Below are positions 9,269-17,072 of a stretch of DNA of 64,000 nt, in pieces. How positions within the stretch are numbered: the first letter of the stretch is position 1; the number at the start of each line of letters is the position of its first letter. Origin of the DNA: Oscillospiraceae bacterium (lineage in GTDB: Bacteria; Bacillota; Clostridia; Oscillospirales; CAG-272); assembly GCA_015064245.1 (NCBI GenBank), contig SVSQ01000001.1, forward strand, positions 11,433-75,432, read 5' to 3'. The position numbers and the translations under genes are program-made. The notes beneath the pieces are model-generated. The model did not search any database, was not told the origin of the DNA, and saw nothing but the letters and a program-made list of their open reading frames with translations.

Positions 9269-10120
9269 ATGGCAGATCTTTTTCCAAGAACCACAGTAGG
9301 CGGCGTATCGATGCCGCGAATGATCATGGGTATAAACTGGCTTCTCGGCTGGAGCCATACAGGCGCCGCCGCAGACGCGGGTATCAAAGAAAAATATCAG
9401 AAGCCCGAGGACTTTTTGCCGGTATTCAAGGCGTACCTTGACCGCGGAGTCGACGCGATCATGGGCCCTCTCAGCCGTAACGAGCTGGGACTTGCCGCCC
9501 TCAAGTACGCCGAGCAGAAGCTGGGTAAAAAGATCATACTTATCGACACACCCAGCCTCAACGTAGACGACACCCCCGAGGCGCGCCGCGAAGCAAAAGA
9601 GGCGATCAAGCGCAGTAAGGAAGCGGGAGCCACCTTCTCGCTGGTGTTCCACCAGTCTGCCGAGCAGCTGGTAAACAAGAATCTCCGTCAGATCCCCCGT
9701 CTTCCCGACTATCTCTATATGATGCGCGAGGAAGGACTTATCCCCGGACTTTCCGCCCACATGCCCGAGCTTGTTACGTACAGCGACGCAAACGGCTACG
9801 ACGTTGAGACCTACATACAGATATTCAACTGCATGGGCTTTTTGATGCAGGTTGAGATAGAATCCGTCGCGAGAATAATCCATAACGCAAAGAAGCCGGT
9901 CATGACGATCAAGCCTATGGCGGCAGGCAGATGCACTCCTTACGTCGGTCTGACCTTCAACTACAACGCTATCCGCGACTGCGATATGGTAACCGTCGGC
10001 GCAGGAAGCGCTCTTGAGGTGGAAGAGGACGTCGAGATCGCTCTCGCGGCTATCGAGCACCGTTTCCCCAATCTCGGCGCACGTTCCTCTCCCGTTAAGC
10101 AGGAGATCCTCGGTCACTGA
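9269..10120 (+). CDS. hypothetical protein, 283 aa
   Basis: RBS aagaaagg precedes the ATG. The composition is protein-like (MADLFPRTTVGGVSMPRMIMGINWLLGW..). The overlapping 360-aa minus-strand ORF looks like an antisense shadow. I recognise no family. Confidence 0.6.
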   Translation: MADLFPRTTVGGVSMPRMIMGINWLLGWSHTGAAADAGIKEKYQKPEDFLPVFKAYLDRGVDAIMGPLSRNELGLAALKYAEQKLGKKIILIDTPSLNVDDTPEARREAKEAIKRSKEAGATFSLVFHQSAEQLVNKNLRQIPRLPDYLYMMREEGLIPGLSAHMPELVTYSDANGYDVETYIQIFNCMGFLMQVEIESVARIIHNAKKPVMTIKPMAAGRCTPYVGLTFNYNAIRDCDMVTVGAGSALEVEEDVEIALAAIEHRFPNLGARSSPVKQEILGH

Positions 10121-10245
10121 CTTTCTTTGAAAATAAAAGTTTGATTGCCTTGCAATCCGCAAAGAAATTTCTGTAATATCAAATTGCGTAAAATTGTTTG
10201 CCTGAAGGCGCCCGCCTACCACAAAAAAGAAAGGACTGCTTAAAA

Positions 10246-10995
10246 ATGACTCCCTACGAATGGAATATGATAAGAAACAACTATTATCTCGGAATGAGAG
10301 ATACAGGCGCAAGCCGAAAGCTTACGGGAAACGTTGTAGTCATACACGTTCTCGTAAACGATATGATGAGCAACTGGATGTACCCTATCCACGTTTCCGA
10401 ATATCAGATGGCTGCGGCTCAGATGGAGATGACGTTCAGCAACGCATCCTATGGCAGTCCTCACCGTCCCTATATGCGTTCAGTATATCTGCAGATAAAC
10501 CTTCCCATGGTCGCCGATCAATCGGGAATGTGGATAAATTACGCCTTCGCAAGTCTGGGCTTTCCCAACGCCGCGGCTATGCAGTATTACTACGAGAGCA
10601 TGTATAACTGCGACGAAGCGCCCATAATCTTCGCCTTTAACCGTCCCATGCGTTCCTTCGCCTCCGCCAACAACGACCGAAGCTACTTCCGTCAGGACGA
10701 ATTTTCCGCAGTGTTCCGCCACACCTCTTACGCCTTCGAGTCGCGCGTACTGGTACACGAGCTTCTGCATCAATTCGGCGCTATAGATTATTATTATCCC
10801 CAGATTACCGTTTATGCCGCCCAGCGTTATTTCCCAAACAGCATAATGTATACAACGGGAAACGAGATCGACGATCTCACCCGCTATCTCATCGGCTGGA
10901 CGGACGAGCTTTCGGACAAAGCCGTAGCCTTTTTACGTGATACCATGAGCGTAAACGACGCGGTCATGGCTGAAGCGAGAATGAGGGGAGTTTAA
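10246..10995 (+). CDS. cytoplasmic metzincin-like zinc metallopeptidase (HExxHxxGxxD plus Met-turn)
   Basis: The track ORF (TTG at 10198) is trimmed to the ATG at 10246 (RBS gaaaggac). It has HELLHQFGAID, followed ~30 aa later by NSIMYT (Met-turn-like). No signal peptide is visible. Confidence 0.55.
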   Translation: MTPYEWNMIRNNYYLGMRDTGASRKLTGNVVVIHVLVNDMMSNWMYPIHVSEYQMAAAQMEMTFSNASYGSPHRPYMRSVYLQINLPMVADQSGMWINYAFASLGFPNAAAMQYYYESMYNCDEAPIIFAFNRPMRSFASANNDRSYFRQDEFSAVFRHTSYAFESRVLVHELLHQFGAIDYYYPQITVYAAQRYFPNSIMYTTGNEIDDLTRYLIGWTDELSDKAVAFLRDTMSVNDAVMAEARMRGV

Positions 10996-11079
10996 ATCGC
11001 TCGGAAATATGCGAACGATATTTTAAAAAACATAGTATTACATATCAGAAACAACTCTACGAAAGAGGAAACGTAAAAA

Positions 11080-12183
11080 ATGTCAACTTACTTAGGATTT
11101 CAGCCGACAAATGATCCTTTTTATTATTTTGTCAGTTATAACACCGAGGATGCTCACCGTGTGGGACCTATCGTCCAAGCTATGTCTCAATCCGGCATAA
11201 ATTTATGGTACGATCACGGAATTGAATACGGTGACTATTGGGAGATCACCATTTCCGAAAAAATCAAGAATTCGCAAGCTGTAATACTGTTTTTCACAAA
11301 AGGAATTCTGACGAAGACAAGCTCTTACGTTCAAAGGGAATATAAAATTGCAAAGATTTTTCACCGAAACGTTTATATCGTAATGCTTGACAGAATAAAA
11401 GAAGAAGAGATCCCGGTGGAAAAAGTTGCTTGGTGGGTTGAGATCACCGAGCAACAATGTATAAACGGATATGAATTCACAGATACCGCTGAACTGGCTG
11501 AAGAAATATCGAGTCCTCTTGGTATCCAAAATCAAACTCGCGATAAAAAAGATCACGAAACAACACAGGACAGTTACGAACCAACTGAGCAATACAGAAA
11601 CGCCGCTGAGCAAGGGGATGCTACTGCTCAATACAACCTCGGAAATTGCTACTACAACGGCAACGGCGTACCGCAGAATGATTCAGAAGCAGTTAATTGG
11701 TTCAGAAAAGCCGCTGAGCAAGGGCATGCAGATGCTCAATACAACCTCGGATATTGCTACTACGACGGTAAAGGCGTACCGCAGAATGATTCAGAAGCAG
11801 TTAATTGGTTCAGAAAAGCCGCCGAGCAGGGGCATGCAGAGGCTCAATACAAGCTCGGAGATTGCTACTACTACGGCGAAGGTATAACGCAGAATTATTC
11901 CGAAGCTATCAAATGGTACAAAAAAGCCGCTGAGCAGGGGGATGCCTCTGCTCAATACCACCTCGGAGATTGCTACTACTACGGCGATGGCGTAACGCAG
12001 GATCAGTCCGAAGCTATCAGATGGTACAAAAAAGCTGCTGAGCAAGGTCACATTGGTGCTCAATGTGAACTCGGAGATCATTACTACTTCAAGGATGATT
12101 TCGAAGCAGTTATGTGGTACATAAAAGCAGCCGAGCAAGGAAGCGAACATGCCAAGAATGCTCTGCATGAGCTTGGTTTTTAA
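11080..12183 (+). CDS. TIR-domain protein with C-terminal Sel1-like repeats (TIR-SLR)
   Basis: RBS aagagga precedes the ATG. The N-terminus YYFVSYNTEDAHRV..INLWYDHGIEYGDYW..SQAVILFFTKG..SSYVQREYKIA fits the TIR/TIR_2 pattern. About 5.5 repeats of 36 aa follow (AAEQGxAxAQYxLGxCYYxGxGVxQxxSEAxxWxxK), typical of Sel1. Confidence 0.8.
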   Translation: MSTYLGFQPTNDPFYYFVSYNTEDAHRVGPIVQAMSQSGINLWYDHGIEYGDYWEITISEKIKNSQAVILFFTKGILTKTSSYVQREYKIAKIFHRNVYIVMLDRIKEEEIPVEKVAWWVEITEQQCINGYEFTDTAELAEEISSPLGIQNQTRDKKDHETTQDSYEPTEQYRNAAEQGDATAQYNLGNCYYNGNGVPQNDSEAVNWFRKAAEQGHADAQYNLGYCYYDGKGVPQNDSEAVNWFRKAAEQGHAEAQYKLGDCYYYGEGITQNYSEAIKWYKKAAEQGDASAQYHLGDCYYYGDGVTQDQSEAIRWYKKAAEQGHIGAQCELGDHYYFKDDFEAVMWYIKAAEQGSEHAKNALHELGF

Positions 12184-12196
12184 TTAAAATAATATC

Positions 12197-12236
12197 AAAA
12201 AACGCTATCACGACCTAAGATCGTAATAGCGTTTTT
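12197..12236. terminator. bidirectional rho-independent terminator between convergent genes
   Basis: The sequence aaaaacgctatcacgacctaagatcgtaatagcgttttt has stem acgctat/atagcgt plus inner acga/tcgt. An A-run and a T-run flank it. Confidence 0.7.
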
Positions 12237-12237
12237 C

Positions 12238-12966
12238 TTATTTCAGAACAGTTTTCAGCGCCTCGGTGCACTTGCGGACGTTCACAATACCGACCTCAGC
12301 GTTTCCGAGAACAGAATCTGTCATAGCCCCGCAGACCTCAAACAGTTCGCGGTACTTTTCGTATTCCTCGGAGCCCGTCTGCCCGTGTTTTCTGAAGCTT
12401 ATCTTGTACTCCCGTCCCTCGTAGTCGATAATAGTCAGCGGGATAGGATCAACGAGACGGTTCGGAATATCAAGCAGCTCGTCGACGGCGTGAATGTACG
12501 TATTGCGGTTCAGCTTGACGCCCAGCAGAAGTATCGTTGCGTCCTCGTCGTAAAGCCTCGACCATACTCCGCCCACGGGGCAGGGAGAGGTCGCCTTTTC
12601 TTCGCCCTTGACGAATTCAGCCGCCCGCTTTCCGAACGCCGCTACCGAATGCGTCGGGTGCAACGATCGCACCCCGTCTTCGCGAAACGCCGCCACAGTC
12701 GGCAGAGCGCCGATGCAAGGAACGGTTTTTCTGACGTCATATACGGGCTGCGCCGCGCCGACGTTCGCCCATGTGTGAGTCGGAACGACGAAGAGTCCGT
12801 CGGAAAGATAGGACTTGAACGCGTCTATCAGACCGTCGCATCCGCCCTCAACTCCGCCGAGAGCGCGCATAGACGTATGGACCACCACCGTATCCGAGGG
12901 CGTAATTCCGTTATTTTTCAAAAATGTATGTATATCCTTGCAAGTTATCATTTCACAACCTCTCAT
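12238..12966 (-). CDS. AAC(3)-family (YokD-like) aminoglycoside N3-acetyltransferase homologue
   Basis: VVVHTSMRALGGVEGG, LFVVPTHT, HPTHSVAAFG and NTYIHAVDE blocks fit the Antibiotic_NAT family. The ATG at 12966 overlaps the upstream stop (ATGA). An alternative start is at 12951. Confidence 0.75.
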   Translation of the reverse strand: MRGCEMITCKDIHTFLKNNGITPSDTVVVHTSMRALGGVEGGCDGLIDAFKSYLSDGLFVVPTHTWANVGAAQPVYDVRKTVPCIGALPTVAAFREDGVRSLHPTHSVAAFGKRAAEFVKGEEKATSPCPVGGVWSRLYDEDATILLLGVKLNRNTYIHAVDELLDIPNRLVDPIPLTIIDYEGREYKISFRKHGQTGSEEYEKYRELFEVCGAMTDSVLGNAEVGIVNVRKCTEALKTVLK

Positions 12967-14990
12967 TCATCAACTTCTTTTTGTATAAACAGATATCCCA
13001 TCCCATCCGTATATGAGACTCCTACCCGATATCCTTTGCAGACCGCAACGTAATAGAATACGTCCCCCTCGGTAGTACCGTGGGCTTTTTCAACGTAGCC
13101 TATACGCTTCAGCATATTGGCGTAATCGCGTACCGCTTCCCTTTCAGCGTAAAGAGCTACGGTGACTATAACTTCATTCTGAGTATATTTGATCTCACAA
13201 TCAGGTCTCGGAACCGCAGAAGTGAACTCATTCTCGGGCCAGTTCTCGTCGCTCGGTATAGGACTGCCGTCGAAATTCAGATGCGACCAGCTTCCGTCCG
13301 GATAGACCGTAAAAATCCTTCTGTTCTGATTTACATAGACCTCGGTCTTATCGGGCAAAACGTATACGACCGTTCCGTTATCCGCGGTATGGCTGATAGT
13401 TCCCTCCGGAAATTCCAGACCGTAACCGGGGTACTTACTGCCGCCGTGCTCCTCTCCCTCGTTGGGCGCGGTGTCTTCTTTTTCGGGGATCTTGACCTCA
13501 ATGATCGAACCCGCATCGCCGGGTAAGCCGCTTCTTCCGTTGGAGCTTGAGCCTACGCACCTGCAGTTTTTCTTGGTGGTCCTGTGCTCTCCGCCCTCAC
13601 CGCCTTGTCCGCGGTCTCCGCCTTCTCCGCCGATGGAACCGTCACCGCCTTGTCCGCCCTTGCCGCCCGCGCCGCCGTTTCCACCCGCGCCGCCGCAAGT
13701 ACATTTTTCGCCGCCGATCTGACAGCCGTTACCAATCACGACGTCGTCGCAGGAACCGCCCGAACCTCCGTTTCCGCCTGTACCACCCGTACCGCCCTTG
13801 CCGCCTATACCGTGTGAGGACGCGCTGAGAGTGAATACTCCTCCCGTCTCCTCGCTGACGTTCACTGTATATTCAAGCTGAGAGACGTCGCTGATACCGC
13901 CGTTTCCGCCGTTTCCGCCTTCGCCTCCTTCACCGCCCTTACCGCCGTTAGAGCCGTACGTCCAGCCTACTCCGAGAAGCCAGCTTCCTTTATTGGCGTC
14001 TCCGCCCCGTCCGCCGTTTCCGCCAGTACCGCCTATACCGCCTTCGCCGCCGTTGCCGCCAGTACCGGACGACATAGCCAGCTCGCCTTGATTTACGTTC
14101 AATACGCAGGAAACGTTAAGGGGCTCTCCGCCGTTTCCGCCTGTTCCTCCGTTACCGCCCTTTTTGCCGACAGTACCCGTACCTGCGCTTTTGACGGGCT
14201 TCATAATGGTGACCCAAATATCGCCCGTTCCGTTGTAACCCGTCTCACCCTCTGCTCCTGCGCCGCCTTTACCGCCTTTACCGCCGTTGCCTCCGACTAT
14301 GCGGAGAGCTCCGCTTCCGTTCTTATCTATCTGAGAAGCGATCGCGGCGCACGCGCCTGCGCTGCCGTTTCCGCCCGTAATTCCGCTGTTTCCCGCGGCG
14401 TCGACTCCGTCTTCGCCGTTACCGCCGAAGAGCTGCATCGCAGACGAGCATTCAAAGGTAACCGTCGAGCCCGGAGCGTTCAGAGCCGGAGCTCCCGACG
14501 CGCCGAAGACCGTATTCTCTCCGCCCTCGCTCTTTATGCAGAGCGTTCTGCCGACGGAGCAATAGACGGTTCCGTTCTTTGAGCTTCCGTGCAGGCTGAA
14601 GCTTTCAAACACGAGGGTAAGAGGAAATGAATCGTGATGCTCCACCACGATATTCATATCCGAATACAGAACTCCCTCAGTACCGCGGAAGACCACCTCG
14701 CTGACGTCACCCGCAACGGTGACGGTCTTACCGATATGATGCTCCGAGCTGCCCGAGAGGTCTATCACCACTCTTTGACCTGACTTGTTTTTGTAATCCA
14801 GAAGCTCCTCCACCGTGTAAAGATATACGGTATCGTCCTTTTCGGGCTCGGTCACGTCACCGCCGTCCTCAGATCCACCGATCTGATCCACCACGTCGTC
14901 TATGATACCGCCCATATCTTCACATGAACAACAAAACGTTATAACAAGCAGGCATATTATCATCGCCTTTAGCGATGTTATCAGTCTCAT
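12963..14990 (-). CDS. secreted (possibly lipid-anchored) glycine-rich GGNGG-repeat protein, 675 aa
   Basis: The track ORF is trimmed to the ATG at 14990 (RBS ggatggagg). The signal-like N-terminus is MRLITSLKAMIICLLVITFCCSC. The central ~290 aa is dominated by GGNGGxGGxGG strings. The N- and C-terminal domains are distinct and non-repetitive. Confidence 0.7.
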   Translation of the reverse strand: MRLITSLKAMIICLLVITFCCSCEDMGGIIDDVVDQIGGSEDGGDVTEPEKDDTVYLYTVEELLDYKNKSGQRVVIDLSGSSEHHIGKTVTVAGDVSEVVFRGTEGVLYSDMNIVVEHHDSFPLTLVFESFSLHGSSKNGTVYCSVGRTLCIKSEGGENTVFGASGAPALNAPGSTVTFECSSAMQLFGGNGEDGVDAAGNSGITGGNGSAGACAAIASQIDKNGSGALRIVGGNGGKGGKGGAGAEGETGYNGTGDIWVTIMKPVKSAGTGTVGKKGGNGGTGGNGGEPLNVSCVLNVNQGELAMSSGTGGNGGEGGIGGTGGNGGRGGDANKGSWLLGVGWTYGSNGGKGGEGGEGGNGGNGGISDVSQLEYTVNVSEETGGVFTLSASSHGIGGKGGTGGTGGNGGSGGSCDDVVIGNGCQIGGEKCTCGGAGGNGGAGGKGGQGGDGSIGGEGGDRGQGGEGGEHRTTKKNCRCVGSSSNGRSGLPGDAGSIIEVKIPEKEDTAPNEGEEHGGSKYPGYGLEFPEGTISHTADNGTVVYVLPDKTEVYVNQNRRIFTVYPDGSWSHLNFDGSPIPSDENWPENEFTSAVPRPDCEIKYTQNEVIVTVALYAEREAVRDYANMLKRIGYVEKAHGTTEGDVFYYVAVCKGYRVGVSYTDGMGYLFIQKEVDE

Positions 14991-15096
14991 AAAAACCTCC
15001 ATCCCGCTGTCCTTCGGACAGCTGCACAAATAGTTGACGAATTTACTGTATTTAAAGATAATCTCGATCTAACAAATTTCTGTATATACATATTAT

Positions 15097-15125
15097 ATTA
15101 TACCATATTTTTTAAAATTCGTCAA
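15097..15125 (-). promoter_or_regulatory. sigma-A type promoter for the glycine-rich protein/AAC(3) pair
   Basis: The minus strand reads TTGACG - 17 nt - TATAAT, ~100 nt upstream of the ATG at 14990. Confidence 0.55.
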
Positions 15126-15129
15126 TAGC

Positions 15130-15168
15130 AAAAAAATAACAAGGCGTTTACTTTTAAAACGCCTCGTT
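15130..15168 (-). terminator. rho-independent terminator after the phosphodiesterase-like gene
   Basis: The minus strand reads aacgaggcgttt-taaaag-taaacgccttgtt followed by attttttt. Confidence 0.7.
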
Positions 15169-15214
15169 ATTTATCATTTACACATTGACAAAATCAATAA
15201 CACGGTCAAAAATC

Positions 15215-15988
15215 TTAAACCAACGCTCTGCCTTCCCACTGATCGTCGGGGTTTATTCCCATGATGGACGCGATGGTCGGCGCAATCTCAAGCAGGGAGA
15301 CCTCGCCCTCTATCTGCCCCGCCGTTACGTTATTTCCGCAAATGAACATGGGAACAGTCATATCCTCGGGCAAGGTTGTGCCGTGAGTTCTGTCGTGACC
15401 GCCGTGGTCCGCCATTATGATGACGGAATACTCCTCTCCGCAGCTCTCGATGACGCGCTTTACGTTATCGATCGCCATGGATACGCGGCGCAGGTACTCC
15501 TCGCTCATCCAACCGTTATCGTGACCGCCCTTCTCGTCCGTCTCCACCATATACAGGAAAACGAAATCCGGCTTATTCTCCGAAATGCACTCAAGCGCCT
15601 CGTCCGTCAGCGCCGTATCGCTGCTCTCCTTCATATACGCGTTTATGTAGGTCGCGAACTTGAGAGTACCGGGAAGAGCAATATCACGAAGAGGCTCCCA
15701 GCCGTAGAACATAGCGGAAACGCCGCCCGCGCTCTTGATCTTTTCAAAAATGCCGTCTATGGGACGCACCTGCGGGATATATGTGTTCGTAAGTATGCCG
15801 TGACGCTGAGGCGTTACCGAATGAGCCATTGAGAAATGGCAGGGAAAGGTAACGGAAGGGTTCATGGACTGCGCCGAATACGTATAAGCGCAGATCTCCT
15901 CCAGCTTGGACAGATACGGATTCCCGCAGGCCTTGAGCCCGTCGGAGCGCATACCGTCGATAGATATCAGAATCACCTTGTTTTTCAT
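15215..15988 (-). CDS. alkaline-phosphatase-superfamily nucleotide pyrophosphatase/phosphodiesterase-like protein
   Basis: The ORF is trimmed to MKNKVILISIDGMRSD (ATG at 15988, RBS aaaggag). TFPCHFSMAHSVTPQRHGI and IMADHGGHD are typical metal-site blocks of type I phosphodiesterase/ENPP-like enzymes. Confidence 0.7.
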   Translation of the reverse strand: MKNKVILISIDGMRSDGLKACGNPYLSKLEEICAYTYSAQSMNPSVTFPCHFSMAHSVTPQRHGILTNTYIPQVRPIDGIFEKIKSAGGVSAMFYGWEPLRDIALPGTLKFATYINAYMKESSDTALTDEALECISENKPDFVFLYMVETDEKGGHDNGWMSEEYLRRVSMAIDNVKRVIESCGEEYSVIIMADHGGHDRTHGTTLPEDMTVPMFICGNNVTAGQIEGEVSLLEIAPTIASIMGINPDDQWEGRALV

Positions 15989-16005
15989 TGTTTTGCACGC
16001 TCCTT

Positions 16006-16641
16006 TCACTTGACCGATGCAAGCACCTGATCCTTGATCTGGATCATTCCGAGAGGCGTCGGATGACCGTTCATCTTGTCGATTTTTTCAAGAACTATAG
16101 CCTTTCCGCCGACTCTTTCGCAAGAATTGCGTATTGCGTCCCTGACCTCGTTCTTTATATCGCAGTTGCATATACCGTAGATCTTCGCGTCGGGAAGCGT
16201 CTCGCGGAGCTTAGTGAAGAAATAGCCGACCGCAGGCAGGACGTTATAGAGATCTTTTCTCTCCCAACCCTCGCTCATCTCGTTTCCGAGGGGAGCGTTT
16301 GACCAGCTGTCGTTCGTTCCGCCGAAAACGAACACCGTATCGATCTTGTTCTCCGCGAAAAAGCCTTCCTGCGTCAGCTTTTCGAGTCTGTAAATAAATG
16401 AACTGCTTCCCGAAGTGTCGGAATTGTTGTAGCCCGTGTAACCGATGGTGGAGCCGCTCCAGCTGTCGTTGCGGACGAGGTTCGCTCCGCTCTCCTTCAC
16501 CATCAGTCCCCACCAGGACTGATCCGCGCTTTCAATATCGGGACCGCGTTCTCTTCTGCCCGAATAGTAGGCGGCGTAGCCCTGAGGGATACAGCCCGCA
16601 AAGGTGGAATAGCTGTCTCCGAATATCATTATATTTTTCAT
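16006..16641 (-). CDS. SGNH/GDSL-family hydrolase
   Basis: It has MIFGDSYS (block I), SGSTIG, and VFVFGGTNDSW blocks. Length is 211 aa. Confidence 0.7.
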   Translation of the reverse strand: MKNIMIFGDSYSTFAGCIPQGYAAYYSGRRERGPDIESADQSWWGLMVKESGANLVRNDSWSGSTIGYTGYNNSDTSGSSSFIYRLEKLTQEGFFAENKIDTVFVFGGTNDSWSNAPLGNEMSEGWERKDLYNVLPAVGYFFTKLRETLPDAKIYGICNCDIKNEVRDAIRNSCERVGGKAIVLEKIDKMNGHPTPLGMIQIKDQVLASVK

Positions 16642-16669
16642 AGTCGTTCACCTGACCTTTCTTACACTC

Positions 16670-16698
16670 ATTATATCATACGGGAATTTTTTTGTCAA
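16670..16698 (-). promoter_or_regulatory. sigma-A type promoter for the SGNH/phosphodiesterase pair
   Basis: The minus strand reads TTGACA - 17 nt - TATAAT, ~30 nt upstream of the ATG at 16641. Confidence 0.65.
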
Positions 16699-16751
16699 CA
16701 AAAAACGATCAAAGACATAAAGTCCTTGACCGTTTTATATTCAAATAATAT

Positions 16752-16952
16752 TCAAATAGCTCTGAATAACCACAGAACAAACAGCGAAAGAGCCGCAAGA
16801 ATGGCGACGGAAATTGGAACGAACACCAAAAAAGCGGATAGCATCATAGCAAAAAAGTCTTTGCCGCCGAGCTTTTCGGAGTTTTCGATCTCTCTTTTGA
16901 GATCCTCTTCCTTTTTCTTTGCGCGTTTAAAAAATCCGTTTTTATCACGCAT
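16752..16952 (-). CDS. small (66 aa) protein with charged N-terminus and one C-terminal transmembrane helix
   Basis: RBS gaaaggac lies 8 nt upstream of the ATG. The sequence is MRDKNGFFKRAKKKEEDLKREIENSEKLGG followed by FFAMMLSAFLVFVPISVAILAALSLFVLWLF. Confidence 0.45.
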   Translation of the reverse strand: MRDKNGFFKRAKKKEEDLKREIENSEKLGGKDFFAMMLSAFLVFVPISVAILAALSLFVLWLFRAI

Positions 16953-16967
16953 TCGCTTATCTGTCCT

Positions 16968-17072
16968 TTCAGGAATTATTTCGGAATTATTTCAGAAACT
17001 ATTTCAGGAATTATTTCAGAAATTTATTTCAGAAATTTATTTCAGAAATTTATTTCAGAAATTTATTTCATA
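16968..17072. repeat. imperfect tandem repeat, ~9 units of 11-13 bp (minus strand CTGAAATAAATTT)
   Basis: The sequence ttcaggaattatttcggaattatttcagaaactatttcaggaattatttcagaaatttatttcag... has its last four units identical (cagaaatttattt). It starts at the oppF-like stop codon. Confidence 0.9.

Noticed and set aside
9230-10312. 360-aa minus-strand ORF overlapping the 283-aa plus-strand gene
   Set aside because: The plus-strand frame has an RBS and balanced composition. The minus-strand frame has no RBS, runs through the intergenic region and looks random. I kept the plus-strand gene, though neither has a family assignment.
12238-12966. Acquired aminoglycoside-resistance gene
   Set aside because: The AAC(3)-family fold is clear, but the gene has host-like composition and no mobile-element context. 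It is operon-coupled to a chromosomal gene. Chromosomal YokD-like homologues are common, so resistance cannot be inferred from sequence alone.
13462-13828. Pro/Arg/Ala-rich plus-strand ORFs (86, 93 and 77 aa)
   Set aside because: They are mirror images of the GGN-codon repeats of the glycine-rich gene (GGN read backwards gives NCC, i.e. Pro/Ala/Ser). They are not independent genes.
16968-17072. CRISPR array (also considered for 7801-7840 and 62586-62734)
   Set aside because: The repeat units are 10-13 bp and contiguous without spacers, or they are hairpins with an irregular 71-bp period. There are no cas genes in the window.
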